Source: Heterodontus francisci (Eukaryota). Taken from it: 64,000 nucleotides of DNA. The stretch lies in the NCBI RefSeq assembly GCF_036365525.1, contig NC_090388.1:22561619-22625618 (forward strand), read 5' to 3'. The first letter of the stretch is position 1; the number at the start of each line of letters is the position of its first letter. Below, piece after piece: positions 35,481-48,896 of this stretch. A model generated the notes under the pieces. It was not told the DNA's origin and made no database searches. It saw only the letters and a program-made list of their open reading frames with translations. A program made the position numbers and the translations under genes.

Positions 35481-36237
35481 GGCCTGAAATTTGCAGTCAG
35501 CAGTGAAGGAATGGTGCTTGCTATTCACTTTGCTGTCTGTTGCCTACCAAGTTTTTTACGGGTTTTAGAGTGCAGACTTGCTCTGATCCGGCATCGGATC
35601 CATTGCGTGCCCTCTGAGCAGGGCAAGAAACTGGTTGAAGTGCTTCACTGATCAGATTGAAGAATCCTCACTGAGCCATGGTAAGTCTAAACCAGGAAAT
35701 ATAAATTAGATTAAAATCATGTACAGCAAGCAAAATAAAGATTGGGAAAGACAGATGGGATCAACAAAGAGGGGTGAAAGGTTATTGGAGTTAGGTGGAA
35801 ATGTGAAGTAATCAGTTCAGCCATAAACTTATTGAATGGCGGAGCAGGCTCGAAGGGCCAAATGGCCTACTCCTGCTCCTAATTCGTATGTTCGTATAAA
35901 AGTGACGTCAAATTTAAGTTTTTTTTAAAAACCTCTCAAACACTATCTTCTGAGGGAAAGAGACTCCATATTTGTAAAACTATTTTTCAGGGCCAGGGAG
36001 GTTGTTTGGCAATAATTATCACTTATGCTATTAAAAACCACTTCCTTCTGAATAAATGAGAGCTAACTTTTTCTGCTGCCTTTATTACAGAGCTAGTGGG
36101 AAAGCCCCTCAAGTTCATGCTGTTGCATTCAGTGCCGAGTCTATTGGCAAGAACACCAGATGTTGCTGTCAGATTTACTCTATTGTATCAGTGAGCACCC
36201 TTTGCCTCACCATTATCCTTATCACAAAATTTAGCCA
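35481..36237. mobile_element. Harbinger-like MITE with a CR1 tail inserted (~35775-35897)
   Basis: ggcctgaaatttg/caaaatttagcc termini resemble the other two MITEs. Confidence 0.55.
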
Positions 36238-37789
36238 AAGTCTTTGAAAATGAGGTTGATGATTATCTGGTTAGGAATGGGATTGAGGGTTATGTGGATC
36301 ATTAAAGATGGTGATAACTGCCATGTGGAGTACAGTAGTTCCTGTGTTTCAGGGCATTAGTGATTTTTAAAGTACATAAGAAACAAGTTTTTTTTTAAGT
36401 TTCTTGTTTCCATCTTGATTGCGCAAAGACCAATAAATACCTGAACACCTAACTGGACACAAGCTAGCCTGTGCCTGTATATCTTAAGTGTTACACGAGC
36501 AAGTAACACCATACCAAGACCTTACTAAAGAATAAAAACAAGAAAAACATTGGGGAGACACAGATTCTAGGCTTAACTTGTATTATTCTGTAGCAGAATA
36601 TTGCACCCTGGTGTTGCTCAACTCTTTTACACAGGGTTATAAATGCTCAATTGAATTAAACCATGTTGATAATAGAGATAATGAGACTACCAAACTGTCT
36701 GGTTGCTGGTCCTATCCAACATTGTCCCTCCTGGCATCAGGTGACGGATCACCTTGCATAATTTGTTGTTTGAGCTGCAAGACGTACTACATTTTGCTGC
36801 TTTTTGAAGATATGTTGAATCCACTAAGCCGTTGTCTTGGCTGAAGGCAACCCATGGACAGTTCCTTTTAAGGAACCTAGATGCCATCTCTTAGATGGCA
36901 TAGTAGGTGGCAAGACCTTCAAAGCCATCTGGGGTAAAGTTTCAGATGTAGAATGTTCAAATATACTACAGATAACAATAAGTGGAGCCTCTGTAACTCC
37001 CCCACCCACTCCCCATCCTGCTTTGACTTGACAGTCCATGTAAATGCAGTCGCAATAAATAAATAGTGCACCAAGTGCCAACATGATAATTGTGCTGTCA
37101 CTTCAATCACCTTTATAATGGTCAGTTTTACTAACCCAAGCTGGTAGGACAGGATACCCACTTGGAATGAGCCTGACGAGACACTTTGTATGAGCTGCTG
37201 CTCGTGAGTCCTTTCAAGAGCCGAACACATCAGTCTGATGAATGGATAGCCTGAGAATAGGGTCCACAATGTAAACCTCTAGGGCAAACACTCTCCTTGC
37301 TATTCTGCCTCATTATGCAGATAGATGCTGGGATAGGGCAGGATTATTAGTCAATTGAATGGGAGTCTCCTTGAATAGCCACCATGTACAAAAGCCATAC
37401 GTCTGAGTAATGTGCATGCAAAGACTACCTTTCCCAGGAAGGACGTGACCGAACTGCTCAGTTGTGTAACAAAACTGGAAAAAAACACTTGAAGGACAAG
37501 GACTGCTCTGTCTTGGGCGGTTAAGCTAGCTTTTGCTTGAATCTTTATGTCCCCAAGTGCTTCCAAAGGAACTACAGATGATATGACATACCTCCCAACA
37601 CATTACTAGCCAGTTTACATATTGTGTAGCTGAGTGTATCCCCTTATGTTATTCCTTGCTGGGTCCACTGAGGAAAATTAGAACTCCCTTTATTCATGCA
37701 GTTGCCATGTCATAAACCAACATGTGGCTTTTTCTGGAGACACTATGGAATAGTGTGCTTACCTTTGATGAACTTTTCAAAGAAAAAAA

Positions 37790-38235
37790 AAACTTTCATT
37801 TATATTGTGCCTTTCACAAACTCAGGCATCCTAAAGTGCTTTACAGTCATTGAAATACTTTTGAAGTGTAGTCACTATTGTGATCTAGGAAACATGGCAG
37901 CCAACTTGCAAGGAGCAAGTCCCACAAACAACTATACGATAATGACCAGATAATCTGCTAGTGATGTTGGTTGAGGGATGAATATTAGCCAGGATACCAG
38001 AGAGAGCTCCATTGCTCCTCTTCAAAATGATGCCATGGAATTTTTTGTCAACCCAAGAGGGCAAACAGGGCCTTGGTTTAATGTCTCATCTGAAAGACGG
38101 CACCTGCAACAGTGCATCATTCCCTCAGTCCAACACTGAAATGTCAGTCTAGATTTTGTGCTCAAGTCTCTAGAGTGGGGCTTGCATTCAAAACCTTCTG
38201 ACTGAGGTGAGTGTTGCCACTTGGCCATGACGGGC
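37790..38235 (-). mobile_element. Deu-domain SINE (SacSINE1-like)
   Basis: Minus strand contains gtctttcagatgagacattaaaccaaggccctg (Deu-like), a tRNA-like head and an L2-like tail. Confidence 0.75.
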
Positions 38236-38759
38236 ACTTTATTAATGTCTTAAGTTTAGACTTACCATAAGTACACTGACATTGCTCAGCTCCAAACTGG
38301 TCTGACAATGTAGCTCTTTAGAACTCCACTGCCTGATTGCATACATTAAAATAATGATCCCTTTTTCTATGTGGATGCTGGTAAAAGAGAGAGCATGTCA
38401 TATTACCACTATAGGTATGGACTCATTATTTGAAGAAGTTTAGCTTCTGCATAGAAAGCTTCCTATGGTCTACTCTGCATTTCACTTTCTGACCTATTGG
38501 CATGATTGAAGGAAGTGCTTTGTTTACTGCTGTATTTAATTTCTGTTGCTTGAGGTTCATTGCTCTTCTGGGTAAGGTCTAACCCATACTGTGGAACAAA
38601 ATGGGTAAGAGCAACAATGACATAGAATCATGGAATAATTAGTTACAGAAGGTCATTTAGCCAATCAAGACCCAAGTTTCTAAAGGTTTGCTGGCATTTT
38701 ATTCTCTCTACAATGATGATAATTCCTATTTATAGGGATCAAACTTCTTTAAAAGAATG

Positions 38760-38953
38760 AGCAAAATACTGCAGCTGCTGGAACTCTGAAATGAGAACAG
38801 AAAGTGCTGGAAATACTCAGCAGTCTGGCAGCATCTGTGGAGAGAACCCCCCCAACCACCACCCCGGAAGGGTCGCAGACCTAAAACGTTAACTCTGTTT
38901 CTCACTCCACAGATGCTGCCAGACCTGCTGAGTATTTCCAGCACTTCCCATTG
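38760..38953. mobile_element. Minimal Penelope insertion: two inverted pLTRs
   Basis: aagtgctggaaatactcagcagtctggcagcatctgtggag pairs with ctccacagatgctgccagacctgctgagtatttccagcactt; perfect 12-bp TSD tttaaaagaatg. Confidence 0.85.
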
Positions 38954-39216
38954 TTTAAAAGAATGGCAAGGACTGCTTTTATAATAGGTAAATTAACATT
39001 GATCAATTTTTGAAATCCTGTTACTACTAACAATGAGTTAACTAAATCTGCCTACTTTGTAATGGCAGTAGTTTTTTTAAAAAAAGCTTATAGAATTTCT
39101 TTTGTATGTAATACAAAAATTCTCATCTTTATTCTTGCTTTTTATTTTATGTGTTGCTGAAGCTGCTTTTCTTCCTGTTGTTTTGCATCTTGTTTTTTCC
39201 TCACTTCTCTATATAG

Positions 39217-39240
39217 TGGACGGAGAGCTGAAATTGTAAT
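39217..39240 (+). CDS. RAB3IP: Probable 24-nt alternative RAB3IP microexon (K replaced by NGRRAEIVI)
   Basis: Long polypyrimidine tract, atatag|TGGACGGAGAGCTGAAATTGTAAT|gtaagt; phase 2/2 matches the flanking exons and adds no stop. Confidence 0.75.
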
Positions 39241-39865
39241 GTAAGTTATTTTTGCACTTCTCATGTACAGTGGTGTAATTGATATTGAATCCTTCTCAAG
39301 ATAACTGATTCTCTAGAACACCAAAATCAATCTTACTACCTCTCTAGGGTTTGTTTCACGAGCAAATAATTCGTTAGCACAGAAAATTTTGATATATGAT
39401 GGACAATTATTTTCAGGTAATATACAAGGCTTCCTAATGAAGCTGCTGGACATCTAGATTAACAGGGCTGGAAGTTGAGAATTCATAGTCAAATGGTACT
39501 TTAATATTTAAAGTTGTAGTTTAAAACACAATTTTGTAAAGAACATCCTCACCAAGGAATGTTGAACCGGGTTCACTGATTTTATCCTACATTCACTAGT
39601 TTATTATTGAGTACTGATCATGTTATTCCTTATCAATAGGTAATATAACTTGAGTAATTTGTGATAATTGTACATAGTGTCCAAAACTTTATTAGTAAAA
39701 TAGAAGCTAATGACAATTTGAGCTCAGTTAGCTGATGCCAGATGGATATGGGATCAGTTCTACTCATTCAAGAAGTAATTAGCCAGAGTTCACACTTCTG
39801 ATTGATGTCCAGTTCCTCCTGTTGGAAAGTGTGTGCGGGTGAGGATAGCACAGACTCTGTTCTGG

Positions 39866-42212
39866 TCACAATACCGTAGAGGAGGAATTCTTGGAGTGTA
39901 TACAGCATGGTTTTCTGGACCAATATGTTGAGGAACCAACTAGAGAACAGGCCATCCTAGACTGGGTATCGTGTAATGAGAGAGGAATAATTGGCAATCT
40001 AGTGGTGCGAGACCCCTTGGGGATGAGCGACCATAATATGATAGAATTCTTCATCAAGATGGAGAGTGACGTAGTTGATTCTGAGACAAGGGTCCTGAAT
40101 CTTAGTAAAGGAAACTACGAAGGTATGAGGCGCGAGTTGGCCATGATGGATTGGGAAACTACGTAAAGGGATGACGGTGGATTGGCAATGGCAAATATTT
40201 GACGAGCGCATGGATGAACTGCAACAATTGTTTATCCCTGTCTGGCGCAAAAGTAAAACGGGAAAGGTAGCCAAACCATGGCTTACAAGGGAAATTAGAG
40301 ATAGCATTAGATCCAAGGAAGAGGCATATAAATTTGCCAGGAAAAACAACAGACCTGAGGATTGGGAGCAGTTTAGAATTCAGCAAAGGAGGACAAAGGG
40401 ATTGATTAAGAAGGGGAAGATAGAGTATGAGAGCAAGCTTGGGGAGAACTTAAAAACTGACTCTAAAAGTTTCTGTAGGTATGTGAAGAGAAAAAGATTG
40501 GTGAAGACATATGTAGGTCCCTTACAGTCAGAAACAGGGGAATTTATTATGGGGAATAAAGAAATGGCTGACCAACTAAATGCATACTTTGGTTCTGTCT
40601 TCACAAAGGAGGACACAAATATCATACCAGAAATGTTGGGGAACACAGGGCTTAGTGAGCGAGGAACTGAAAGAAATCAGTATTGGTAGAGAAATGGTGT
40701 TGCGGAAATTGATGGGATTGAAGGCCGATAAATCCCTAGGGTCTGATGGTATGCATCCCAGTGTACTTAAGGAAGTGGCCCTAGAAATAGTGGATGCTTT
40801 GGTGGTCATCTTGCAAGATTCTATAGACTCTGGAACAGTTCCTACAGATTGGAGGGTAGCTAATGCAACCCCACTATTTAAAAAGGGAGGTAAAGAGAAA
40901 GCAGGGAATAATAGACCAGTCAGCCTGACGTCAGTAGTGGGGAAAGTTCTAGAGTCCATTATCAAAGATTTTATAGCAGAGCGCTTGGAGAACAGTGGTA
41001 GAATCAGACAGAATCAGCATGGATTTACGAAAGGGAAATCATGCTAAACAAATCTACTAGAATTCTTTGAGGATGTAACTAGTAGAGTTGATGGGGAGCC
41101 AGTGGATGTGGTTTATTTGGACTTTCAGAAGGCTTTCGATGAAGCCCCACATAAGAGATTAGCATGTAAAATTAAAGCGCATGGGATTGGGGGGAGTGTA
41201 TTGTGATGGATAGAAAATTGGTTGGCAGACAGGAAACAAAGAGTAGGGATAAATGGGTCTTTTTCCGAATGGCAGGCAATGTCTAGTGGGGTACCGCAGG
41301 GATTGGTACTAGGACCCCAGCTATTCACAATATACATTAAAGATTTAGATGAGGGAACTAAATGTAATATCTCCAGAACTGGGTGGGAGGATGCAGAGAG
41401 GCTTCAGGGTGATTTGGACAAGTTGAGTGAGTGGGCTAATGCATGGCAGATGCAGTATAATGTGGATATATGTGAGGTTATCCACTTTGGTAGCAAAAAC
41501 AGGAAGGCAGATTATTATCTGGCTATAAACTGAGAGAGGGGAATATGCAGCGAAACCTGGGTGTTCTCGTACACCAGTCGCTGAAGGTAAGCATGCAGGT
41601 GCAACAGGCGGTAAAAAAGGCAAATGGTATGTTGGCCTTCATAGCGAGAAGATTCGAGTACAGGAGCAGGGATGTCTTGCTGCAATTATATAGGGCCTTG
41701 GTGAGGCCACACCTGGAATATTGTGTGCAGTTTTGGTCTTATGTGAGGAAGGATGTTCTTGCTATCGAGAGTGCAGCGAAGGTTTACCAGACTGAATCCT
41801 GGGATGGCAGGAATGACATATGAGGAGAGATTGAGTCGGTTAGGAGTATATTCGCTGGAGTTAAGAAGAGTGAGAGGGGATCTCATAGAAACCTATAAAA
41901 TTCTAACAGGACTTGACAGGGTAGATGCAGAAAGGATGTTCCCAATGGTGGGGGAGTCCAGAACCAGGGGTCATAGTCTAAGGATACGGGGTAAACTTGT
42001 CAGGACTGAGAAAGAAATTTCTTCACCCAGAGAGTGGTGAGCCTGTGGAATTCGCTACCACAGAAAGCAGCTGAGGCCAAAACATTGTAAAGGGATCAAA
42101 GGGAATGGGGCGAAAGCTGGAACAGGACTGAGCTGGATGATCAGCCATGATCATAATGAATGGCGGAGCAGGCTCGAAGGGCCGAATGGCCTACTATTTT
42201 CTATGTTTCTAT
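39866..42212 (+). mobile_element. CR1 LINE, 5'-truncated (end of APE domain through RT and tail)
   Basis: LGMSDHNMIEF, NNRPVSLTS, GVPQGLVLGP, LEYCVQFWS; (ttctatg)n tail. Confidence 0.93.
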
Positions 42213-44071
42213 GTTGCAAAAGTTGCTACCACGTATTGGGCTCACACGAAGAATGGTCAGTTCGGATGCATTGTCCCTTTGAGAAATTCATGCCCTTTAT
42301 GCTGCCTGTTTGATAAAGAGATTTTCCTGAAGTTTATTCTGTACAAAGGGTAAGGTAGCATCGTAGTTACATTGTTGGGTTAGTGATCCAGAGATGGGAG
42401 TTCATATCTCATCGTGTAATCTGGAAATAAAACATAGACATCAGTAAAAGTGACCATGAAGCTGTCAGATTGCAAAAATCCTAACTGGCTCAGTAATGCC
42501 CTTCAGGGAATGAAATCTGTCATCCTTACCCAGTCTGGCACAAATCTGATTGATTCTTACCTGCCCTCTGAAATGGGGTAGCTAGCCACTGGCTTACTCA
42601 TTAACTTTTGTTCCAGTAGTTCTGGTCTTTTTTTGTCAAAGCTTTTTTTTAAACACAAGATGCTGGACCTTTTGAAATCTTGAAACTGACCATTATCAAA
42701 ATCATATTATAGCTTGAATCTAAACTCTTCCATGCCACATAGTTCGCAATTCCAATAAGTACTAAGTTGAAATTGTACTTTACATTTCCTTAAGTTCATT
42801 TTGTATCGTAACTGATTTCAGTTGTGGAAGATTCTTGTTTCTCCCGTAATTTTTTCCATGCAGAGCTATAGCAGTTAGATTATAGGGATAGTGAAGTAAA
42901 TGATCTTTGTGACATAACAACATAAGGGATGGTATTTTAAGGACCTTCTGTTCTGCTTACCCAGTGATTTCACTTCAAAAAGCAATTAACTGAAGGCGAA
43001 GCATTATGAGATGTCCCAAGGACATGTTAGAAGTTCTTTCTATATCAGAATATTTCCATGAAATGCCTATTTGTATTGATAAAACATATTAAAATGCACA
43101 TGGATACAGACTATTTGGCAATTAATTTTACAAGAGGCAACATTCTTGAGTCATTTTCCCAGTTCACTAACTTAAAATTATCAGCTATGTAACATAAAAG
43201 AAACACACCAGACAAGTTTCATTTTGAATACAAACTCTTCCCTTACAAAAATGCAGCGGTCCTTTAAAAGATCAAGACATTAGTAGCCTGAAATTGAGTA
43301 TCAGATTCAGGCACTTATGCTTCAGGTTTGTTACATTTAAATGCTGTTACGTTTGTAATATATTGACACAAATTTTTGATTTATGCTATGCATATGAATA
43401 TTATAACAAACTAATGAGCTACTCAATTAGCATAAAAATCAGTTATTTGCTTTGGGAAGTGGTGTCACTGGATAAGCAGGGCAGAAGATTCCTCAAAATG
43501 TCTTTCCTTATGCTGTTATGCTACAAAGATCCTTTACTCTGCTATCCTGAAAAACTAACTGCTATAACTCTGGCACGGGGCAAATTACATGGGATGCATG
43601 CAATTAAAAATTCTGTCATATTTCAGAAACAAAGTTTCCTGGAGAAACTTGGCAAAGGAAAAATGAGCAATGGTGACCCATTTTGACAAAAGATTAGAAA
43701 AGCATCATTAGAATGGGTTCAGTCATATGAGTCATAGCGTTGTAGAGTAATTAGAAAGCCATTCGGTCCTTCAAGTCCATGTCTGCTCTCCATGGAGCTA
43801 TTCATCTGCACACTTCTTAATCATGACCCCTAAATTTAAGTCTAAATCATTTATATATAACCACAAAAGGTATGGGGCCTAGTACTGAGCCCTGCAGAAC
43901 CCCATTGGAAACAGCCTTCCAGTCTCAAAAACAGCCATCAACCATTACGTTTTGCTTCCTGCCTCTGAGCCAATTTTGGATCCAGCTTGCCACTTTGCCT
44001 TGGATCCCATCGGCTTTTCGTGACCAGTCTGCCAATTGGGACCTCATCAAAAGCCTTGCTAAAATCCATAT

Positions 44072-44720
44072 CTTTTTTCCTTCTTTGGCCTCCTTGTCTC
44101 GAGAGACAATGGGTAAGCGCCTAGAGGTGGTCAGTGGTTTGTGAAGCAGTGCCTGGAGTGGCTTTAAAGGCCAATTCTAAAGTAACAGACTCTTTCACAG
44201 GCGCTGCAGATAAAATTGGCTGTCGAGGCTGTTACACAGTTGGCTCTCTCCTTGCGCTTCTGTCTTTTTCCTGCCAACTGCTAAGTCTCTTCGACTCGCC
44301 ACTCTTTAGCCCCGCCTTTATAGCTATCTGCCAGCTCTGGCAATCACTGGCAACTGATTCCCGCGACTTGTGATCAATGTCACAGGACTTCATATCGCGC
44401 TTGCAAGCGTCTTTAAAGCGGAGACATGGACGGCCGGTGGGTCTGATACCAGTGACGAGCTCGCTGTACAATGAGTCCTTGGGAATCCTGCCATCTTCCA
44501 TGCGGCTCACATGGCCAAGCCATCTCAAGCGCCACTGGCTCAGTAGGGTGCATATGCTGGGGATGTTGGCCACCTTGAGGACTTCTGCGTTGGAGATACG
44601 GTCCTGCCACCTGATGCCAAGGATACTCCGGAGGCAGCGAAGATGGAATGAGTTGAGACGTCGCTCTTGGCTGACATACATTGTCCAGGCCTCGCTGCTG
44701 TAGGGTAAGGTACTGAGGAC
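44072..44720 (-). mobile_element. RTE-clade LINE copy 1, 5'-truncated
   Basis: RLRWLGHVSRMEDGRIPK; flanks ctaaaatccatat/cttaaatctatat. Confidence 0.9.
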
Positions 44721-45431
44721 CTTAAATCTATATAGATTAAATCAAATGTGCTACCCTCATCAGCCCTCCTTTTTACCTACTCAAAAAATTCAATCCAGTT
44801 GGATGCGACCTTCCCTTAACAAATCTGTGCTGACTGTCTTAATCTGTGCCTTTCCAAATAATGATCTCTACTGTCTCTCAGAAAGTTTTCCAATAATTTT
44901 CCCACCACCAAGGTTAGACTGACTGGCCTGTAATTACTTGGGCTATCCCTTTCTCCCTTTTTAAACAACGGTACAATGTTAGCCATCGTCCAGCAACATG
45001 AGTGTAGCCAGACAGGATTGGAAAATGGTGGCCAGAGCCTCTCTTATTTTTTCCCTTGTTTTCCTTTGCAACCTGGAATACATTTCACCCAGGCCTGGTG
45101 ATTTATCCACTTTCAAAGATGCTAAGTCCCTTAGTTCCTTTCTATGTTTATACCATCCAATACTTCATGCTCCTCTTCCTTTACTACAATGTCTGCATTG
45201 TCCCACTCTTTTGTAAAGGCAGATGCAAAGCACTCATTAAGACCAATGTCCGTGTCGTCGTCTTCCGTACACGGGTTCCGTTCTTGGTCTCTAATTGGCC
45301 GTACTCTTTCCTTAGTTATAGTCTTACTTTTTATGTATTTATAAAACATCTTCGGGTCTGTCTTTATTTTACTTGCCAATATTTTTTCATGCCCTCTTTG
45401 TTTTCCTAATTTTCTTTTTAATTTCACTGCT

Positions 45432-46310
45432 TCTTCTTCTTTGGCCTCCTTGTCTCGAGAGACAATGAGTAAGCGCCTGGAGGTGGTCAGCGGTTTGTGC
45501 ACCAGCGCCTGGAGTGGCTATAAAGGCCAATTCTAGCGTGACAGACTCTTCCACAGGTGCTGTAGATAAAATTGGTTGTCGGGGCTGTTACACAGTTGGC
45601 TCTCTCCTTGCGCTTCTGTCTTTTTTCCTGCCAACTGCTAAATCTCTTCGACTCGCCATGCTTTAGCTCTGCCTTTATGGTTGCCTGCCAGCTCTGGCGA
45701 TCGCTGGCAACTGGCTCCCATGACTTGTGATCAATGTCACAGGACTTCATGTCGTGTTTGCAGACGTCTTTAAAGCGGAGCCATGGACGGCCGGTGGGTC
45801 TGGTACCAGTGACGAGCTCACTGTACAATGTGTCCTTGGGGATCCTGCCATTTTCCATGCGGCTCACATGGCCAAGCCATCTCGGGCGCAGCTGGCTTAG
45901 TAGGGTGTATATGCTGGGGATGTTGGCCGCCTCGAGGACTTCTGTGTTGGAGATACGGTCCTGCCACCTGATGCCAAGGATTCTCCGGAGGCAGTGAAGA
46001 TGGAATGAATTGAGACGTCGCTCTTGGCTGACATACGTTGTCCAGGCCTCGCTGCCGTAGAGCAAGGTACTGAGGACACAGGCTTGATACACTTGGACTT
46101 AAGTGTTCTGTGTCAGTGCGCCATTTTCTCACACTCTCTTGGCCAGTCTGGACATAGCAGAGGAAGCCTTTCCCATTCGCTTGTTTAATTCTGCATCGAG
46201 AGACAGGTTACTGGCGATAGTTGAGCCTAGGTAGGTGAACTCTTGAACCACTTCCAGAGTGTGGTCGCCGATATTGATAGATGGGGCATTTCTGACGTCC
46301 TGTCCCATGG
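45432..46310 (-). mobile_element. RTE-clade LINE copy 2
   Basis: 201-aa ORF, (gaa)n tail and a perfect 13-bp TSD taatttcactgct (45419-45431, 46311-46323). Confidence 0.92.
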
Positions 46311-47435
46311 TAATTTCACTGCTACGCTTTCAATATTCCTTTTGACTTTCTGCAGTATTAAGCTCGCGGTAGCCAACATGAAGCTTTTTTTTTGAAGAAA
46401 ACTTTATCCTACTCTATGATCTTTGATATCTGGGGAGGAAGGTTTAGGTTTGAGTCCCACCCTTTTTCTTTGTGGAAACGTATTTGTTCTGAACCCTTTT
46501 GTATCTCCTCCTTGAATGCCTCCCACTGCTCAAGATTTACCTTCAAATAGCTGTTGCCAGTTCACTTTTGCCAAACCACATCTTGGCTTAATAATATTGG
46601 CCTTTCCCCAGTTTAGAACTTTTATTCCTGGTCTATCTCTATCTTTTTCCATAACTACTCTAAATCTAACTGGATTAAGATCAATGGCACTAACATGCTC
46701 TCCCACTGATAGCCTTTCCAAATGCCCAGAATCATTCCCTTTAACTAAGTCCAGAACTGCCCACACTCTTGTTGGGCTTGCAACCTACTGCCTAAAAGAA
46801 AGTTCTCTTGAATGTATTTTAAGAATTCTGCTCCTTCTGCACTTTTTATACTGGTTTTATCCTAGTTGAAATCTCCTGCTATCACTGCCCTATTGTTTCT
46901 GCACTTCTCAGCGATTTGTCTACATATTTGCTTTTCTATCTCCCTCTGACTGGGGGTCTATAGTATACTCCCAGCAGTGTCATTACTCCTTTATTGTTCT
47001 TCAGTTCAGTACAAATAGCCTTATTTGATGCTCCTTCTAGCATATCATCCCTCCTCACAGCTGTGATTGTTTCTTGAACCAATATTGAGACCACCCCTCT
47101 CTCCTTTTTCTTATCCTTCTGTATCTTGTCTGAAAACCCTGGGACCAAGAATGCTGAGCTGCCATTCCTGCCCTTCTTTCAGCCATGTCTCAGTAATAGC
47201 TATAATCTCTTACTCCCACCTGTCAATCTGTGCTGTCAGTTCACTAGCCTCTTTCATTGAAGTATATACCATTAAGCACTGCCAAACTTCTTTATTGTCT
47301 ATTTTCTGGCCTTTGTTTCCTGAAAGATTGCCTAGTATGAGTATTGTTATCAATATTTCAGATGCACTGCGTGCAAGGTGTTGTGTTTTATCTCACTGAT
47401 TTAAGAGAGTATTAAACAGAATTTTTCAGTGTATT

Positions 47436-48896
47436 CTTTTGGGCCTCCTTATCTCGAGAGACAATGGATACGCGCCTGGAGGTGGTCAGTGGTTTGTGAA
47501 GCAGCGCCTGGAGTGGCTATAAAGGCCAATTCTGGAGTGACAGGCTCTTCCACAGGTGCTGCAGAGAAATTTGTTTGTTGGGGCTGTTGCACAGTTGGCT
47601 CTCCCCTTTCGCCTCTGTCTTTTTTCCTGCCAACTACTAAGTCTCTTCGACTCGCCACAATTTAGCCCTGTCTTTATGGCTGCCCGCCAGCTCTGGCGAA
47701 TGCTGGCAACTGACTCCCACGACTTGTGATCAATGTCACACGATTTCATGTCGCGTTTGCAGACGTCTTTATAACGGAGACATGGACGGCCGGTGGGTCT
47801 GATACCAGTGGCGAGCTCGCTGTACAATGTGTCTTTGGGGATCCTGCCATCTTCCATGCGGCTCACATGGCCAAGCCATCTCAAGCGCCGCTGACTCAGT
47901 AGTGTGTATAAGCTGGGGGTGTTGGCCGCTTCAAGGACTTCTGTGTTGGAGATATAGTCCTGCCACCTGATGCCAAGTATTCTCCGAAGGCAGCGAAGAT
48001 GGAATGAATTGAGACGTCGCTCTTGGCTGGCATACGTTGTCCAGGCCTCGCTGCCGTAGAGCAAGGTACTGAGGACACAGGCCTGATACACTCGGACTTT
48101 TGTGTTCCGTGTCAGTGCGCCATTTTCCCACACTCTCTTGGCCAGTCTGGACATAGCAGTGGAAGCCTTACCCATGCGCTTGTTGATTTCTGCATCTAGA
48201 GACAGGTTACTGGTGATAGTTGAGCCTAGGTAGGTGAACTCTTGAACCACTTCCAGAGCGTGGTCGCCAATATTGATGGATGGAGCATTTCTGACATCCT
48301 GCCCCATGATGTTCGTTTTCTTGAGGCTGATGGTTAGGCCAAATTCATTGCAGGCAGACGCAAACCTGTCGATGAGACTCTGCAGGCATTCTTCAGTGTG
48401 AGATGTTAAAGCAGCATCGTCAGCAAAGAGGAGTTCTCTGATGAGGACTTTCCGTACTTTGGTCTTCGCTCTTAGACGGGCAAGGTTGAACAACCTGCCC
48501 CCTGATCTTGTGTGGAGGAAAATTCCTTCTTCAGAGGATTTGAACGCATGTGAAAGCAGCAGGGAGAAGAAAATCCCAAAAAGTGTGGGTGCGAGAACAC
48601 AGCCCTGTTTCACACCACTCAGGATAGGAAAGGGCTCTGATGAGGAGCCACCATGTTGAATTGTGCCTTTCATATTGTCATGGAATGAGGTGATGATACT
48701 TAGTAGCTTTGGTGGACATCCGATCTTTTCTAGTAGTCTGAAGAGACCACGTCTGCTGACGAGGTCAAAGGCTTTGGTGAGATCAATGAAAGCAATGTAG
48801 AGGGGCATCTGTTGTTCACGGCATTTCTCCTGTATCTGACGAAGGGAGAACAGCATGTCAATAGTCGATCTCTCTGCACGAAAGCCACACTGTGCC
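47436..48896 (-). mobile_element. RTE-clade LINE copy 3 with an uninterrupted 456-aa RT/C-terminal ORF
   Basis: FIDLTKAFD, GVKQGCVLAP, LLFADD and C-terminal CxxC...H; TSD tcagtgtatt (47426-47435, 48897-48906). Confidence 0.95.

Larger units (their letters stand above)
43725..47320 (-). mobile_element. Old CR1 LINE fragmented by two RTE insertions
   Basis: TLLGVYYRPP, AVLDLVKGN, KIKTDPKMFYKYIKSK and gvlqgsvlgp-like segments in collinear order. Confidence 0.8.

Noticed and set aside
36420-37720. Possible coding fragments (YSVAEYCTLVLLNS)
   Set aside because: Look like very old LINE remnants, too degraded to classify or delimit.
43294-43686. 130-aa ORF in non-repeat intron
   Set aside because: AT-rich, non-ATG start, no motif or splice support; probably chance.
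47486-48856. Longest ORF as a host or domesticated gene
   Set aside because: 5'-truncated RTE with a TSD and no endonuclease domain; the open frame is explained by youth.
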